Origin: an uncultured Alphaproteobacteria bacterium
GTDB lineage: Bacteria; Pseudomonadota; Alphaproteobacteria; Rs-D84
DNA: 64,000 bases
NCBI GenBank assembly: GCA_944389385.1
Contig: CALXMC010000002.1
Coordinates: 15,353-79,352 of the forward strand
Direction of reading: 5' to 3'
Below, piece by piece: positions 1 to 9,690 of this stretch. The notes beneath the pieces were generated by a model. It did not search any database, was not told the DNA's origin, and was given only the letters and a program-made list of their open reading frames with translations. Each line of letters begins with the position of its first letter. The first letter of the stretch is position 1. Made by a program: the position numbers and the translations under genes.

Positions 1-300
1 AAACGTCCAGGCGGTTATACACGCGTGTTAAAGGCCGGTTTCCGTTATGGTGATGCTGCGCCGATGGCGATTATCGAATTGGTTGATCGCGATGTAAATG
101 CGAAAAAGGCAAACAAACCTGCTGCGGCTGCGGAAGAAAAAGCGACTGAAAAAGTTGCTGATAAAGCGGACAAAGCAGAAAAGGCGACAAAAAAAGCCGC
201 CACAACCAAGGTTGAAAAAGAAGAATCTGCACCAAAGGCTGCCAAAGCTGCGGGTGCAAAAAAGACCGTAGCGGTAAAACGCCGTACAACCGGTAAATAA
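1..300 (+). CDS. rplQ: 50S ribosomal protein L17, 5'-partial, with Lys/Ala-rich C-terminal tail
   Basis: Frame +1 reads [29 protein letters not shown], the conserved L17 C-terminal motif; stop at 298-300. Confidence 0.95.
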   Translation, partial: KRPGGYTRVLKAGFRYGDAAPMAIIELVDRDVNAKKANKPAAAAEEKATEKVADKADKAEKATKKAATTKVEKEESAPKAAKAAGAKKTVAVKRRTTGK

Positions 301-326
301 AAAACGGGGCATCGCCCCGTTTTTTT
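299..326. terminator. Bidirectional intrinsic terminator
   Basis: aaaaaacggggc-atc-gccccgttttttt; GC hairpin with A and T tracts directly after rplQ. Confidence 0.85.
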
Positions 327-905
327 GTTACTCGTAACTCCACCGCTGTCATTGCGAAGGAGCGCGAAACGTTGAAAACGTTGTCGTACGACTGTGGCAA
401 TCCAGTTATAATATGTCTGCGGGCAAACGCCCGCAGTGCTTTTTTATTTACTGGATCGCCACGGTCGTTTCACTCCCTCGCGATGACAAAGGGGACTAAG
501 TGGCTAATCCCACACCACTCTTGTCATTCCCGCACACTCTCTCGTCACCCCGGCATCGGGCCCCCACAAACACAAATGTGTTTGTGGGGTGATAGCAGGC
601 CGGGGTCCATTGCGTTCCCTTGGATGTTCGAAATTATAGGGTACGTATGTATGTTTCCATTATTACGAATTATCATTATATCAATGGATCCCGGCCTGCG
701 CCGGGATGACAAGTTACAAATAACCAACACCTGCACTCCGCACTCTCTAACCACCCCGGCACTTCGTGCCACCCCTCCAACGGAGGGGAACTTGGTGCGT
801 TCCCGTCGCGGAACAAAGTTCCCCTCTGCGGAGGGGTGGCGGCTTGCCGCCGGGGTGGTTCATCACCCGAAGTCTTGGCGAAGGGGGAAACACGAGTAAC
901 CAGTA
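327..905. repeat. Composite intergenic palindromic repeat cluster 1
   Basis: Contains gtcattgcgaagg...cgcgatgac (348-487), gtcaccccggc...gccgggatgac (544-710) and accaccccggcacttcgtgccacccctcc...ggaggggtggcggcttgccgccggggtggt (about 750-859). Each module recurs elsewhere in the window. Confidence 0.9.
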
Positions 906-909
906 ACTA

Positions 910-3312
910 TTAAAACTGGGTATCGCTGCATGTTTCGACCGGATCCGCCCATGTTTTACAATATTTGTTACCAAACAATGGATTACCAGTTTTTGTGCAT
1001 TGTTGGGTGCGCGTGCATTTATGGCATACCAGATTTTCCCAATCAAACGTTGTTGTAATCGTTTCTTTGTAATTCCACTGATTTACCGATTTTGAACCAG
1101 TTAAATCAAGTTGACCCGCACCATCGGCACCATTCGCACTGCCAGAACCTACATTCCCTAACAATCCTACTCCACTAGTTGCTATAGCAGCACTCGCCAA
1201 CCATATTGCCCCAACAGTAGTCACAGGAACAGTAAACGCAACGACCGTTGCAGCAGCAATTGCAACCGCCGACAACATTTTTCCAAATGCGTTTTTCGGT
1301 GGTTCGGCCGATTTTGGCAAACTGGACAGTTCTGCAAAATTAACGCATGCTTCGCGTGCCATTTCACGGCGCGCATCTTTGGCATTTTCGCCATGTATTT
1401 CGGCAATGCGTTCGCCGATTGTTACATAGTCTTGCTGTAACCGTTCGGTTAATTCATCATATTTGGCGTAATAATTGTCTTTGGCGGCTTTCAGCGCGGC
1501 ATTCGCGATAATCATACGCATTTGCGTTGTCAAGGCGGGAAAACGTCCGCGGACTTGACCCGTGTTGCCGGCACGGTCGACTATGGTTTCAATACCGTCA
1601 ACCTCGCGTCCGTTCATACAGTATTGAACGTTTGGATCGGATTCAATCGCGTTAATTGCTGTGTCGATGTTACGTTGCAATACCGCCAATTCAGACGAAA
1701 TCATTTCGCGCTGACTTTCGGGGATGTTCGTTTCGCCGATATTTTTCAAGTATTCATCAACCGAGATTAACCGACCGTCTTCATTAATTTCAACACTTTC
1801 CCAATAAATCACCCCGTCAATAACCCCAGCCAATGGCTTGATTGTTCCGGGAATTTGTTCACCGGTTGCGGGGTCAATGCCCGGACTGCGCCCCAGTTCG
1901 TCATCTGTGATTTGCGAAACATCGGTGCGGCAATTTGTATAGTTGATGTCCATGCTGTCGTTTTCGCCAGAATATTCGCAAATCTTGTATTCCAACGACC
2001 GTGACCCCAGGTTTTCATCAACGGTCAGCCCCAGGCAGTTATCTGTGTCACCACATACCTTTATCATGGCTTCGTCTGCGATTTTTTGGCATTGGGTCAG
2101 CATATTATTGTCGATGTTTAAGAATATGCCTTGGGCAATGTTGTATAATTCATCATAGACCGCATCGTCACGGATGTCGGTTTCGCCATATTTTTGTTGG
2201 CACCCGACCAAGGTGTCGTACGGGCACATGCGAACGATTGTGTCTGTATCCAAACCGATACACTGTGTGTAATCGGGACCGCATCTGTCTTCGGATTGCA
2301 GACAGTCTTTGAACTGAGTCGTACAAGAATTAACGCGCATGGATGCCAAACGTGCCAATATGAAATCCCATATATCGGATTCTGGGGCGGATTCTTCTGA
2401 TATACCGCATGCGTTCAATGGTACTTTACACAGGTTTAGCATCGTTTCGGGGCGGGTCAGGCACATATCGTATGAACCGTCTGGGTCGTTGGGATCCATT
2501 GTGTCTTTACAGGCCTGTTGGAAACAAGACGATATATTACCAATACAATTTTGACGGGCGTTATCCTCGGCAATCAGTTCGGCAGATTTAACCTGGGGCG
2601 CAACCTCGCGCAGGAATGTATCCCAAACCTGGGATGCAACGTTTTGGCATTGTCTGGTGATGCCTTCACACAGCGGTTTTTTGGACAATAAAATGTCATA
2701 GGTCGATGCCTGGATTTCAATGCTTGTTGCGCTGCCTTTGATGGTGTATGTGTTGCTTAAATCGCGGTTAGTGCTGCGTGTGTTGGTGGAATCAAACGCC
2801 GCAATGGATGCGCAACCTGAAAAGTCAGAACCGCAGCCGCCTGTTTCAATCATGCAATTTTTGAATTCCACAACGCATTGTCCCAAATCATACTTGTTTG
2901 CAGACTGATATTGTTCCAATGCCGCACTGCGCAGTGCTTGCTCGGCGGTATATAATTTTTGCGCACTGGCGTTACGTTGTTGCTTTAATGAATTTTCATA
3001 CGCGGTACAATCAGAACGAATTTGTTGCGCGTACATCAAACGCAACATATCCATTTCATCGGCACATTCAGGCATTTGTTGGGCGCAAATTTCATAAGAT
3101 GCCTGATGTAATGCGTCGCCGGTTTTGTTGTCAATAGGGCTTTGGAATATGTCGGCATTGGAAAAAATGTCTTCGTCAGATACATCAACCGGCATCAGCC
3201 AAGAATTCAAATCTGTGACATTGGTCAGATCTGGCAAATCTAACGGTGGTTTGATTTTCCACATTTTTTTGATGATAAAAAATTGTCGTAAAATGATAAA
3301 AAATCCTTTCAA
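910..3312 (-). CDS. Cys-rich paralog 'B'; 5'-truncated (no signal peptide or first Cys domain), probable silent cassette
   Basis: Open frame of about 780 aa. Homology to 3361-6375 begins abruptly at 3246 (PLDLPDL vs PLKLPDL at 4003). The upstream 22 codons are not signal-like. Ends WADPVETCSDTQF. Confidence 0.8.
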   Translation of the reverse strand: MKGFFIILRQFFIIKKMWKIKPPLDLPDLTNVTDLNSWLMPVDVSDEDIFSNADIFQSPIDNKTGDALHQASYEICAQQMPECADEMDMLRLMYAQQIRSDCTAYENSLKQQRNASAQKLYTAEQALRSAALEQYQSANKYDLGQCVVEFKNCMIETGGCGSDFSGCASIAAFDSTNTRSTNRDLSNTYTIKGSATSIEIQASTYDILLSKKPLCEGITRQCQNVASQVWDTFLREVAPQVKSAELIAEDNARQNCIGNISSCFQQACKDTMDPNDPDGSYDMCLTRPETMLNLCKVPLNACGISEESAPESDIWDFILARLASMRVNSCTTQFKDCLQSEDRCGPDYTQCIGLDTDTIVRMCPYDTLVGCQQKYGETDIRDDAVYDELYNIAQGIFLNIDNNMLTQCQKIADEAMIKVCGDTDNCLGLTVDENLGSRSLEYKICEYSGENDSMDINYTNCRTDVSQITDDELGRSPGIDPATGEQIPGTIKPLAGVIDGVIYWESVEINEDGRLISVDEYLKNIGETNIPESQREMISSELAVLQRNIDTAINAIESDPNVQYCMNGREVDGIETIVDRAGNTGQVRGRFPALTTQMRMIIANAALKAAKDNYYAKYDELTERLQQDYVTIGERIAEIHGENAKDARREMAREACVNFAELSSLPKSAEPPKNAFGKMLSAVAIAAATVVAFTVPVTTVGAIWLASAAIATSGVGLLGNVGSGSANGADGAGQLDLTGSKSVNQWNYKETITTTFDWENLVCHKCTRTQQCTKTGNPLFGNKYCKTWADPVETCSDTQF

Positions 3313-3336
3313 AAATACACCGATATATGATAGAAT
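3308..3336 (+). promoter_or_regulatory. Putative sigma70 promoter of paralog A
   Basis: ttcaaa-N17-tagaat upstream of an aaggac RBS-like sequence and ATG 3361. Confidence 0.45.
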
Positions 3337-3360
3337 TATGTAAATAGGAAGGACCTTTTT

Positions 3361-6300
3361 ATGAGAAAATTTGCAATTTTTTGTGCATTGTTGATTGGTG
3401 TTGTTTATAACGCAGATGCTGCGACCGCACGAAATCCACGCGGTGGGACGGTTGCGACGACCGGGGGGGCGGCCAGTACGGGTACTCGGTCGACTACTGC
3501 GCGCAGTGCGACGACGGCGCGTGCCGCGACGGCGACACGTGGTGCTGCACCGGCGGCGGCAACAACGGCGCGTGCGGCAACTGCGGGGCGTACCACGGTC
3601 AGTCGCGGCCCGGTTGCAACAACATCTTCGTCTTCATCGGGATCTGGGGTTGCGCGCAGTGCGGTTGCGCGTGCGGGTGCCACGCAGAAGGTTATATCCA
3701 CTGGAACCAAGGTTGCCACCGCAAATGAAAATGTAGTCGTCAGTCAAGAATGTCGCCAGAAATATTACGGTTGTATGGATTCTTTCTGTATGTTGGATAA
3801 CGATAATGGCGGCCGCTGTATTTGCAGTGACCGCAGTGCTGAATTGGATTCGATTTTGGCACAAATCGAGGAACTGGATCAGCAATCTTATCAGATGGCA
3901 ACGTATGGCGTTGAACGTATCGAAATGGGTGATGCGGCCGAGACTGCAATCGCAAATGCAAATGCCGTTGCCCAGGCCATTTTGGACGAGCAAGAAAATG
4001 GACCGTTAAAATTGCCTGATTTGAATACTTGGATGACGCCTGTTGGTGCCGAAGAAGAAGATATTTTCGAAGATGTTACAAATATTTACCAAAGCCCGGT
4101 CGAAGGCAAAGAAGGGGATGCGCTGTATTCCGCTTCGCATGATATTTGCGCGGCACAAATACCCGAATGCGAGGCTGAAATGGATATGTTACAGTTGATG
4201 TATTCACAACAAATTCGTTCTGATTGCACCGCGTATGAAAATTCATTAAAGCAACAACGTAACGCCAGTGCGCAAAAATTATATACCGCCGAGCAAGCAT
4301 TGCGCAGTGCGGCATTAGAACAATATCAAAATGCAAACAAGTATGATTTGGGGCAGTGTGTTATCGAATTTAAGACCTGTATGATTGAAACTGGCGAATG
4401 TGGCGATGATTTTTCTGGATGCGCGTCCATTGCCGCGTTTGACGAAACAAATACACGTGGTGCAGGGGATCGTGCAAAAACATATAAAATTCAGGGCAGT
4501 GCCACCAGTATAGAAATTAAAGCGTCTACCTATGACATTTTGTTGTCCAAAAAACCGCTGTGCGAGAGTGTTACCAAGCAGTGTGTGGCCGCAAACGAAG
4601 CCGATGGTGGTGACCAAGTGTGGATGGCGTTCCTGCGCGAGGTTGCCCCCCAGGTTAAATCAGCCGAACTGATTGCCGAGGATAATGTTCGTCAAAATTG
4701 TATTGGTAATATATCGTCTTGTTTCCAACAGGCCTGTAAAGACACAATGGATCCCAACGACCCAGATGGTTCATACGATATGTGTTTGACAAGACCGCAA
4801 ACGATGTTTTCGCTGTGTACTGTGCCATTAAACGCGTGCGGTATATCGGCAGAAGATGGTGATGCAGACGATGTTAATGATCCAAACGGAATTTGGGACT
4901 TTGTTTTGGCGCGTTTGGCGTCTATGCGTGTGAATTCGTGCACAGACCAGGTAAAACAATGTTTGCAATCCGAAGACAGATGTGGGTCTGATTACACACA
5001 GTGTATCGGTTTGGATACAGATACAATCGTTCACATGTGCCCCGAGGAATTGTTGGTTGGTTGCCAAACATACGATGGTGGCAGCAGTGCCCAAACATAC
5101 GGTAATGATGAAGAAGATTTCTATGCCAAATTAGAGCCCATGATCCAGGGTATTTTGCTGAATATAGATAACAGTTTGTTGGAAGAATGCCAACGTGCCG
5201 CAGATGAAGCAATGATTACAGTATGTGGCAGTACTGAAAACTGCGATAATATGACTGTTGATGAGTATATCGGCGCAAATACGTTGGAGTATAAGATTTG
5301 CAGAATAATTGGTGATGACGACAGTACTGATATAGATTATAACAATTGTTATACTGATTTATCCCAAATTTCTGATACTGAATTGGGATTGCATGATTTG
5401 AACAAGGGGGCTGATGGTGTTCGGGCGGCAAACGAGAGAATAGATTTCGCCATCATTATCGAAGGCGAAATGCCGTGGGAAAATGTAATATTTGATGAAA
5501 ATGGAAAAATAGCCATAACTTCAATCGACCCAGATACACAAAACCAACGTAAAATCGAATCGGAATTGGCAACATTGCAGAATAATATAAATAATGCAAT
5601 TAACGCGATTGAATCAAACCCTGATGTGCAATTCTGTACTGTTGGGCGTATTGTTCAGGGCGTGAATGATGATGATGTCGAGGTTGGACGTACACCACAG
5701 GTGTCTCAATCGTTGCAGACGGCACAAAGATTGCAACCAAATGCGCAAGTAAATCCAAATGCACAGTTGGTTCAGACCGCGCGGTCTGTATCTGACAGAA
5801 CCGCAACCCAGGTCAGTGCATTGGATGTCGCGGTAAATAATCAGACAATTGTCGATCGTTCCGGGGCGGGCGGACGTTTCCCGGGGTTGACCATGCAAAT
5901 GCGTACTATGATTGCGACGTCGGCGATAAATCGTGCCATTGCCAATTATCGCGCAAAATATCAAGAGTTGGAAGAACGCCGTATGCAAGATTATGTGACA
6001 CTGAATGAACGTATGGCAGAAATCGATAACGAAAATACATTAGAGGCACGGCGCGAGGCTGCGCGTATGGCGTGTATCGGAACTGCGGGGGCGTCTACGT
6101 TTAGTGCTGATGCGTTTTCTGTCAAAAAAGGACGCGAAACCGCCAAAGGTGATGTCGACAGCAGTTTGGTCGGCAAAGCCAATGATGAATATGTTGGAAC
6201 CGAAGATAACAGCCGTTGGAATTATCGCGAGGTTATAACGTCTACATTCAATCCGTCGACTTTGGTGTGTAATCGTTGTACCAGAACACAAAACTGTGCA

Positions 6301-6375
6301 GACCCCAAGGGTGGACGTAAATTGTGCAAAAGATGGTCAGACCCGGTTGAAACGTGCGAAGATATACAGTTTTAA
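3361..6375 (+). CDS. Secreted Cys-rich paralog 'A' (1004 aa), function unknown
   Basis: Signal peptide MRKFAIFCALLIGVVYNADA, Thr/Ala/Arg-rich linker, CRQKYYGCMDSFC..GGRCICS motif, coiled-coil-like segments, C-terminal WSDPVETCEDIQF. Confidence 0.9.
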   Translation: MRKFAIFCALLIGVVYNADAATARNPRGGTVATTGGAASTGTRSTTARSATTARAATATRGAAPAAATTARAATAGRTTVSRGPVATTSSSSSGSGVARSAVARAGATQKVISTGTKVATANENVVVSQECRQKYYGCMDSFCMLDNDNGGRCICSDRSAELDSILAQIEELDQQSYQMATYGVERIEMGDAAETAIANANAVAQAILDEQENGPLKLPDLNTWMTPVGAEEEDIFEDVTNIYQSPVEGKEGDALYSASHDICAAQIPECEAEMDMLQLMYSQQIRSDCTAYENSLKQQRNASAQKLYTAEQALRSAALEQYQNANKYDLGQCVIEFKTCMIETGECGDDFSGCASIAAFDETNTRGAGDRAKTYKIQGSATSIEIKASTYDILLSKKPLCESVTKQCVAANEADGGDQVWMAFLREVAPQVKSAELIAEDNVRQNCIGNISSCFQQACKDTMDPNDPDGSYDMCLTRPQTMFSLCTVPLNACGISAEDGDADDVNDPNGIWDFVLARLASMRVNSCTDQVKQCLQSEDRCGSDYTQCIGLDTDTIVHMCPEELLVGCQTYDGGSSAQTYGNDEEDFYAKLEPMIQGILLNIDNSLLEECQRAADEAMITVCGSTENCDNMTVDEYIGANTLEYKICRIIGDDDSTDIDYNNCYTDLSQISDTELGLHDLNKGADGVRAANERIDFAIIIEGEMPWENVIFDENGKIAITSIDPDTQNQRKIESELATLQNNINNAINAIESNPDVQFCTVGRIVQGVNDDDVEVGRTPQVSQSLQTAQRLQPNAQVNPNAQLVQTARSVSDRTATQVSALDVAVNNQTIVDRSGAGGRFPGLTMQMRTMIATSAINRAIANYRAKYQELEERRMQDYVTLNERMAEIDNENTLEARREAARMACIGTAGASTFSADAFSVKKGRETAKGDVDSSLVGKANDEYVGTEDNSRWNYREVITSTFNPSTLVCNRCTRTQNCADPKGGRKLCKRWSDPVETCEDIQF

Positions 6376-6385
6376 TCTGTGATGA

Positions 6386-9331
6386 ATGTTGAAACGAATA
6401 CTTGTTGTTTTGATGTTTGTGTGCGGGTTTAATATTCCCGCAGATGCTGCAACACGCAGTGTTTCGACTCGTACCGTGTCGCGAAATGCTGCGCCGGTGG
6501 CGAATGCCCCGGCGACCGCGGTTGCAGCACGCAGCGCAACGACGTCAACAAATCCATCCGCCGGTGTCGCGGCGCGCGCGGCAACAACACAAAAAGTTAT
6601 CGGAACGGGTACCAAAGTTGTTGCAGCAACCAAGCCCGTCGTTTCAAACGAAGAATGCCAACAAAAATATTTCGGTTGCATGGATTCGTTGTGCATGTTG
6701 GACAGTGCCAATGGTGGGCGGTGTGTGTGCAGTAATAAAAATGCGACCTTTGATTCCATTTTGGCTGAAATCGAAGATTTTGATTTGAAAACATATCAGA
6801 TGGTAACCGTTGGTGTCGACAGTCTGGAACAGGGGTACGATATAAACGCGGTTTATGCCAAACCTGAATCTGGGGTGGATTTGTCGGCATGGAATGCTGT
6901 GTCAGATGAAGAGTTTGTGCAATCGTCGTCGGCTTTGCCGTTAAGTGACGTGACGGGTGATGCTTTGTTTTTGGCCGCACATCAAAATTGTGCTGCTGCG
7001 ATTCCTGAATGCAGTGCCAATATGCAATTTTTGCAATTGTTATACAGCCAACAAATAAATAATGATTGTGCCGCGTATGAAAATTCGTTAAAACAGCGTC
7101 GTAATGAAGCCGCACAAAAATTAGAGTCTGCCCGTTTGGGGTTGTTGGATGCGTCTTATACCGCGTTAAGTAATGCCAATAAATGGGATTTGGGACAATG
7201 CGCGGTGGAATTCAAAAATTGTATGATTTCCACGGGTGGATGTGGTGCCGATTTTTCGGGATGTGCGCCAATCGCTGCGTTTGATGCAACAAACGCCCGT
7301 TCATCTGGGGCAGGGCGGCAATATAATATCGCGGGCGAACAAACCACCGTTACAATTTCTGCATCTACGTATGATACTTTGTTATCTAAAAAGCCGTTGT
7401 GTGATAATGTTACACAAAATTGTCAATCCGTAGCGGATCAGGTTTGGGATACATTCCTGCGTGCGAATGCGCCCCAGATTAAATATGCTGAACTGATTGC
7501 CGAAGATAACGCGCGCCAGGATTGTGTCGGCGATGTGTCGTCTTGTTTCCAACGTGCGTGCCGCGATAATATTGATCCGAAAGATCCGTCGGGGTCGTAT
7601 GATGCGTGTCTGACGCGGCCCGGGACAATGTTGTCGCTTTGTACTGTGCCGTTGAATGCGTGTGGGATTTCGACTGAATCAGCCGAGGCCGCAGAAAAAT
7701 CGGATATATGGCAATTTGTTTTGGCGCGTTTGGCATCTATGCGTGTGAATTCTTGCACCACTGAATTCAAAGAATGTTTGCAATCACCGGACAGATGCGG
7801 TTCTGATTATACTCAATGTATTGGGTTGGATACTGATACAATAATGCACATGTGTCCGTATGACACCTTGGTCGGATGCCAGCAGGTTTATGGCGCGCGC
7901 AATATTCGCGGTAATGCAGTATATGACGAATTGTACAATGTTGCCCAGGGTATCTTTTTGAACATAGATAATGAAATGTTGGATTATTGCGAAGCCGCAC
8001 TGGAACAGGCGACCATTACCGCATGTGGCGATTTGGATACGTGTAAAACACTGGTTGATGATACTTTGTTGGGAACTCGTTCGTTAAATTATGAAGTGTG
8101 TGAAATTGTTTTCTTGGATGAAGGTCAAAAAATCGCGTATCAAAACTGTGTTGCAAATGCGGGATTGGTGTCGGATGAAAAATTGGGGCGCGTGGTAAAT
8201 GCAGGCGGCGAAGGACTGGGGCCTGTTACCCCGATGGGTGGTGTGATCGACGGCAATATTTATTGGGATGGCGTTAAAATTGACGACGATGGAAATATCA
8301 GCAATGTGGATGAGTATTTCAAAAATATAGGAATCACAGAACCAGAACAGGATGAATATAATTCCGTTCATCGTGAATTGGGGCAATTGCAAAATAATTT
8401 ACAGCGGATTTATGACGTAATTGAATCCGATCCCACGGTGCAGTTTTGTATGACTGGGCGCGAAGTGGATGGAATAAAGCCTTATTCGGGTACGTCTGTG
8501 CCACGTTTCCCAGAATTAACCAAGTCCACACGTCTGAAAATTGCAAATCAGGGTCTGCGCCAGGCGATGGATAATTATTATCAAAAATATGATAAGTTAC
8601 AGGCGCAACAGGCCGAAGATTATGCGACCATTACCGAACGTTTGGCGGAAAATCGTGGCGAAAACGGCAAAGATGCCCGCCGCGATGCCGCACGTCAATC
8701 CTGTGTCGATTTGGCCAAGGGTGCGGCACTGCCACGTGCGAAAACCCCCACGTCTTTGATTGGAATCATTACCACAATAGTTGTGGTTATCGCAGTTGTG
8801 ACCGTCGTTACTGTATTTACAGCCGGTGCCGGTACAATAGCGGCAGGGGCGGGTATGGCGGCCGGATTCGAGGCTGCTGCGGGTTCTGGATTATCACTTA
8901 CAACTGTTTCTACTTTGAGTGCTGTTGGAACAGGCGCGGGGTTATCCGGTGCGTCTGGGGCTGGACTTAGCGGAATTGCGGCTGCGGCTTTTAGTGCCAC
9001 TACGACTTCTTTGGCAACATCGGCAACGGTTGCAACGGTTGTTGGGGTTGTTGGTGGAACGGCCGCCGCTGCGGGTATTACGGCCGCCGCCGCGGTTGAT
9101 TACACTGGCCCCCAGGCGGTCGATGGTTCTGGGGAATTGCAGGGCAGGTATGAAAATGACCAATGGAATTATCGCGAAGTCATCGAAACGCGGTTTAATA
9201 TGGATACTTTGGTGTGTGAAAAGTGTGTAACCCAACAACAGTGTAATCAGACAAAATCGCCTTTCTTTGGTAATATGTACTGTAACAGTTGGGCAGATCC
9301 TGTTACTGAGTGCACGGATATTCAGTTTTAA
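6386..9331 (+). CDS. Secreted Cys-rich paralog 'C' (981 aa) with long Gly/Ala hydrophobic segment
   Basis: Signal peptide and the same Cys spacing as A and B; hydrophobic Gly/Ala stretch of about 110 aa (LIGIITTIVVVIAVV...AAAGITAAAAV) before the C-terminal domain ending DIQF. Confidence 0.9.
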   Translation: MLKRILVVLMFVCGFNIPADAATRSVSTRTVSRNAAPVANAPATAVAARSATTSTNPSAGVAARAATTQKVIGTGTKVVAATKPVVSNEECQQKYFGCMDSLCMLDSANGGRCVCSNKNATFDSILAEIEDFDLKTYQMVTVGVDSLEQGYDINAVYAKPESGVDLSAWNAVSDEEFVQSSSALPLSDVTGDALFLAAHQNCAAAIPECSANMQFLQLLYSQQINNDCAAYENSLKQRRNEAAQKLESARLGLLDASYTALSNANKWDLGQCAVEFKNCMISTGGCGADFSGCAPIAAFDATNARSSGAGRQYNIAGEQTTVTISASTYDTLLSKKPLCDNVTQNCQSVADQVWDTFLRANAPQIKYAELIAEDNARQDCVGDVSSCFQRACRDNIDPKDPSGSYDACLTRPGTMLSLCTVPLNACGISTESAEAAEKSDIWQFVLARLASMRVNSCTTEFKECLQSPDRCGSDYTQCIGLDTDTIMHMCPYDTLVGCQQVYGARNIRGNAVYDELYNVAQGIFLNIDNEMLDYCEAALEQATITACGDLDTCKTLVDDTLLGTRSLNYEVCEIVFLDEGQKIAYQNCVANAGLVSDEKLGRVVNAGGEGLGPVTPMGGVIDGNIYWDGVKIDDDGNISNVDEYFKNIGITEPEQDEYNSVHRELGQLQNNLQRIYDVIESDPTVQFCMTGREVDGIKPYSGTSVPRFPELTKSTRLKIANQGLRQAMDNYYQKYDKLQAQQAEDYATITERLAENRGENGKDARRDAARQSCVDLAKGAALPRAKTPTSLIGIITTIVVVIAVVTVVTVFTAGAGTIAAGAGMAAGFEAAAGSGLSLTTVSTLSAVGTGAGLSGASGAGLSGIAAAAFSATTTSLATSATVATVVGVVGGTAAAAGITAAAAVDYTGPQAVDGSGELQGRYENDQWNYREVIETRFNMDTLVCEKCVTQQQCNQTKSPFFGNMYCNSWADPVTECTDIQF

Positions 9332-9333
9332 TA

Positions 9334-9570
9334 GTTACTCGTAATTCGTGATAGATCACCCTTCGCCAAGGCTTCGGGTGATAAACCACCCCGGCACGCT
9401 TACCACCCACGAAAATTGCATTTTCGCGGGGCCCGGTATCGTGCCACCCCTCCGCTAGATGAGGAACTTTGTTCCGCGACGGGATGGGGGCGGTAGCCAT
9501 AGCCTGACTCAGAGGAGAACTTGTTCCGCGACGGTACAGTCTAACTTCCCCTCCGCTAGATGAGGAACTT
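9334..9570. repeat. Composite palindromic repeat cluster 2
   Basis: gttactcgtaa, cacccttcgccaaggcttcgggtga and accaccccggcac...cccctccgctagatgaggaact modules shared with the other clusters. Confidence 0.85.
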
Positions 9571-9643
9571 GTTATATTCCTATCGTGGGCAAATTCTCAC
9601 ACCGTTGGATGTGCGCTTCAATACCTGTTGTGTGGGTGGGGTG

Positions 9644-9670
9644 TAAAAAATCCCCCAGATGGGGGGATTT
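9644..9670. terminator. Intrinsic terminator (for 9691-11799 on the minus strand)
   Basis: aaaaaatccccc-agatg-gggggattt hairpin. Confidence 0.7.
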
Positions 9671-9690
9671 GACACCTGTTAAATTTCTTA

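Noticed and set aside
372-899. ORFs inside repeat clusters (372-899, 38951-39412, 45385-45702, 57490-57876, 58020-58351)
   Set aside because: They are translations of GC-rich palindromic repeats, share peptides only because the DNA repeats do, and lack RBS or family motifs.
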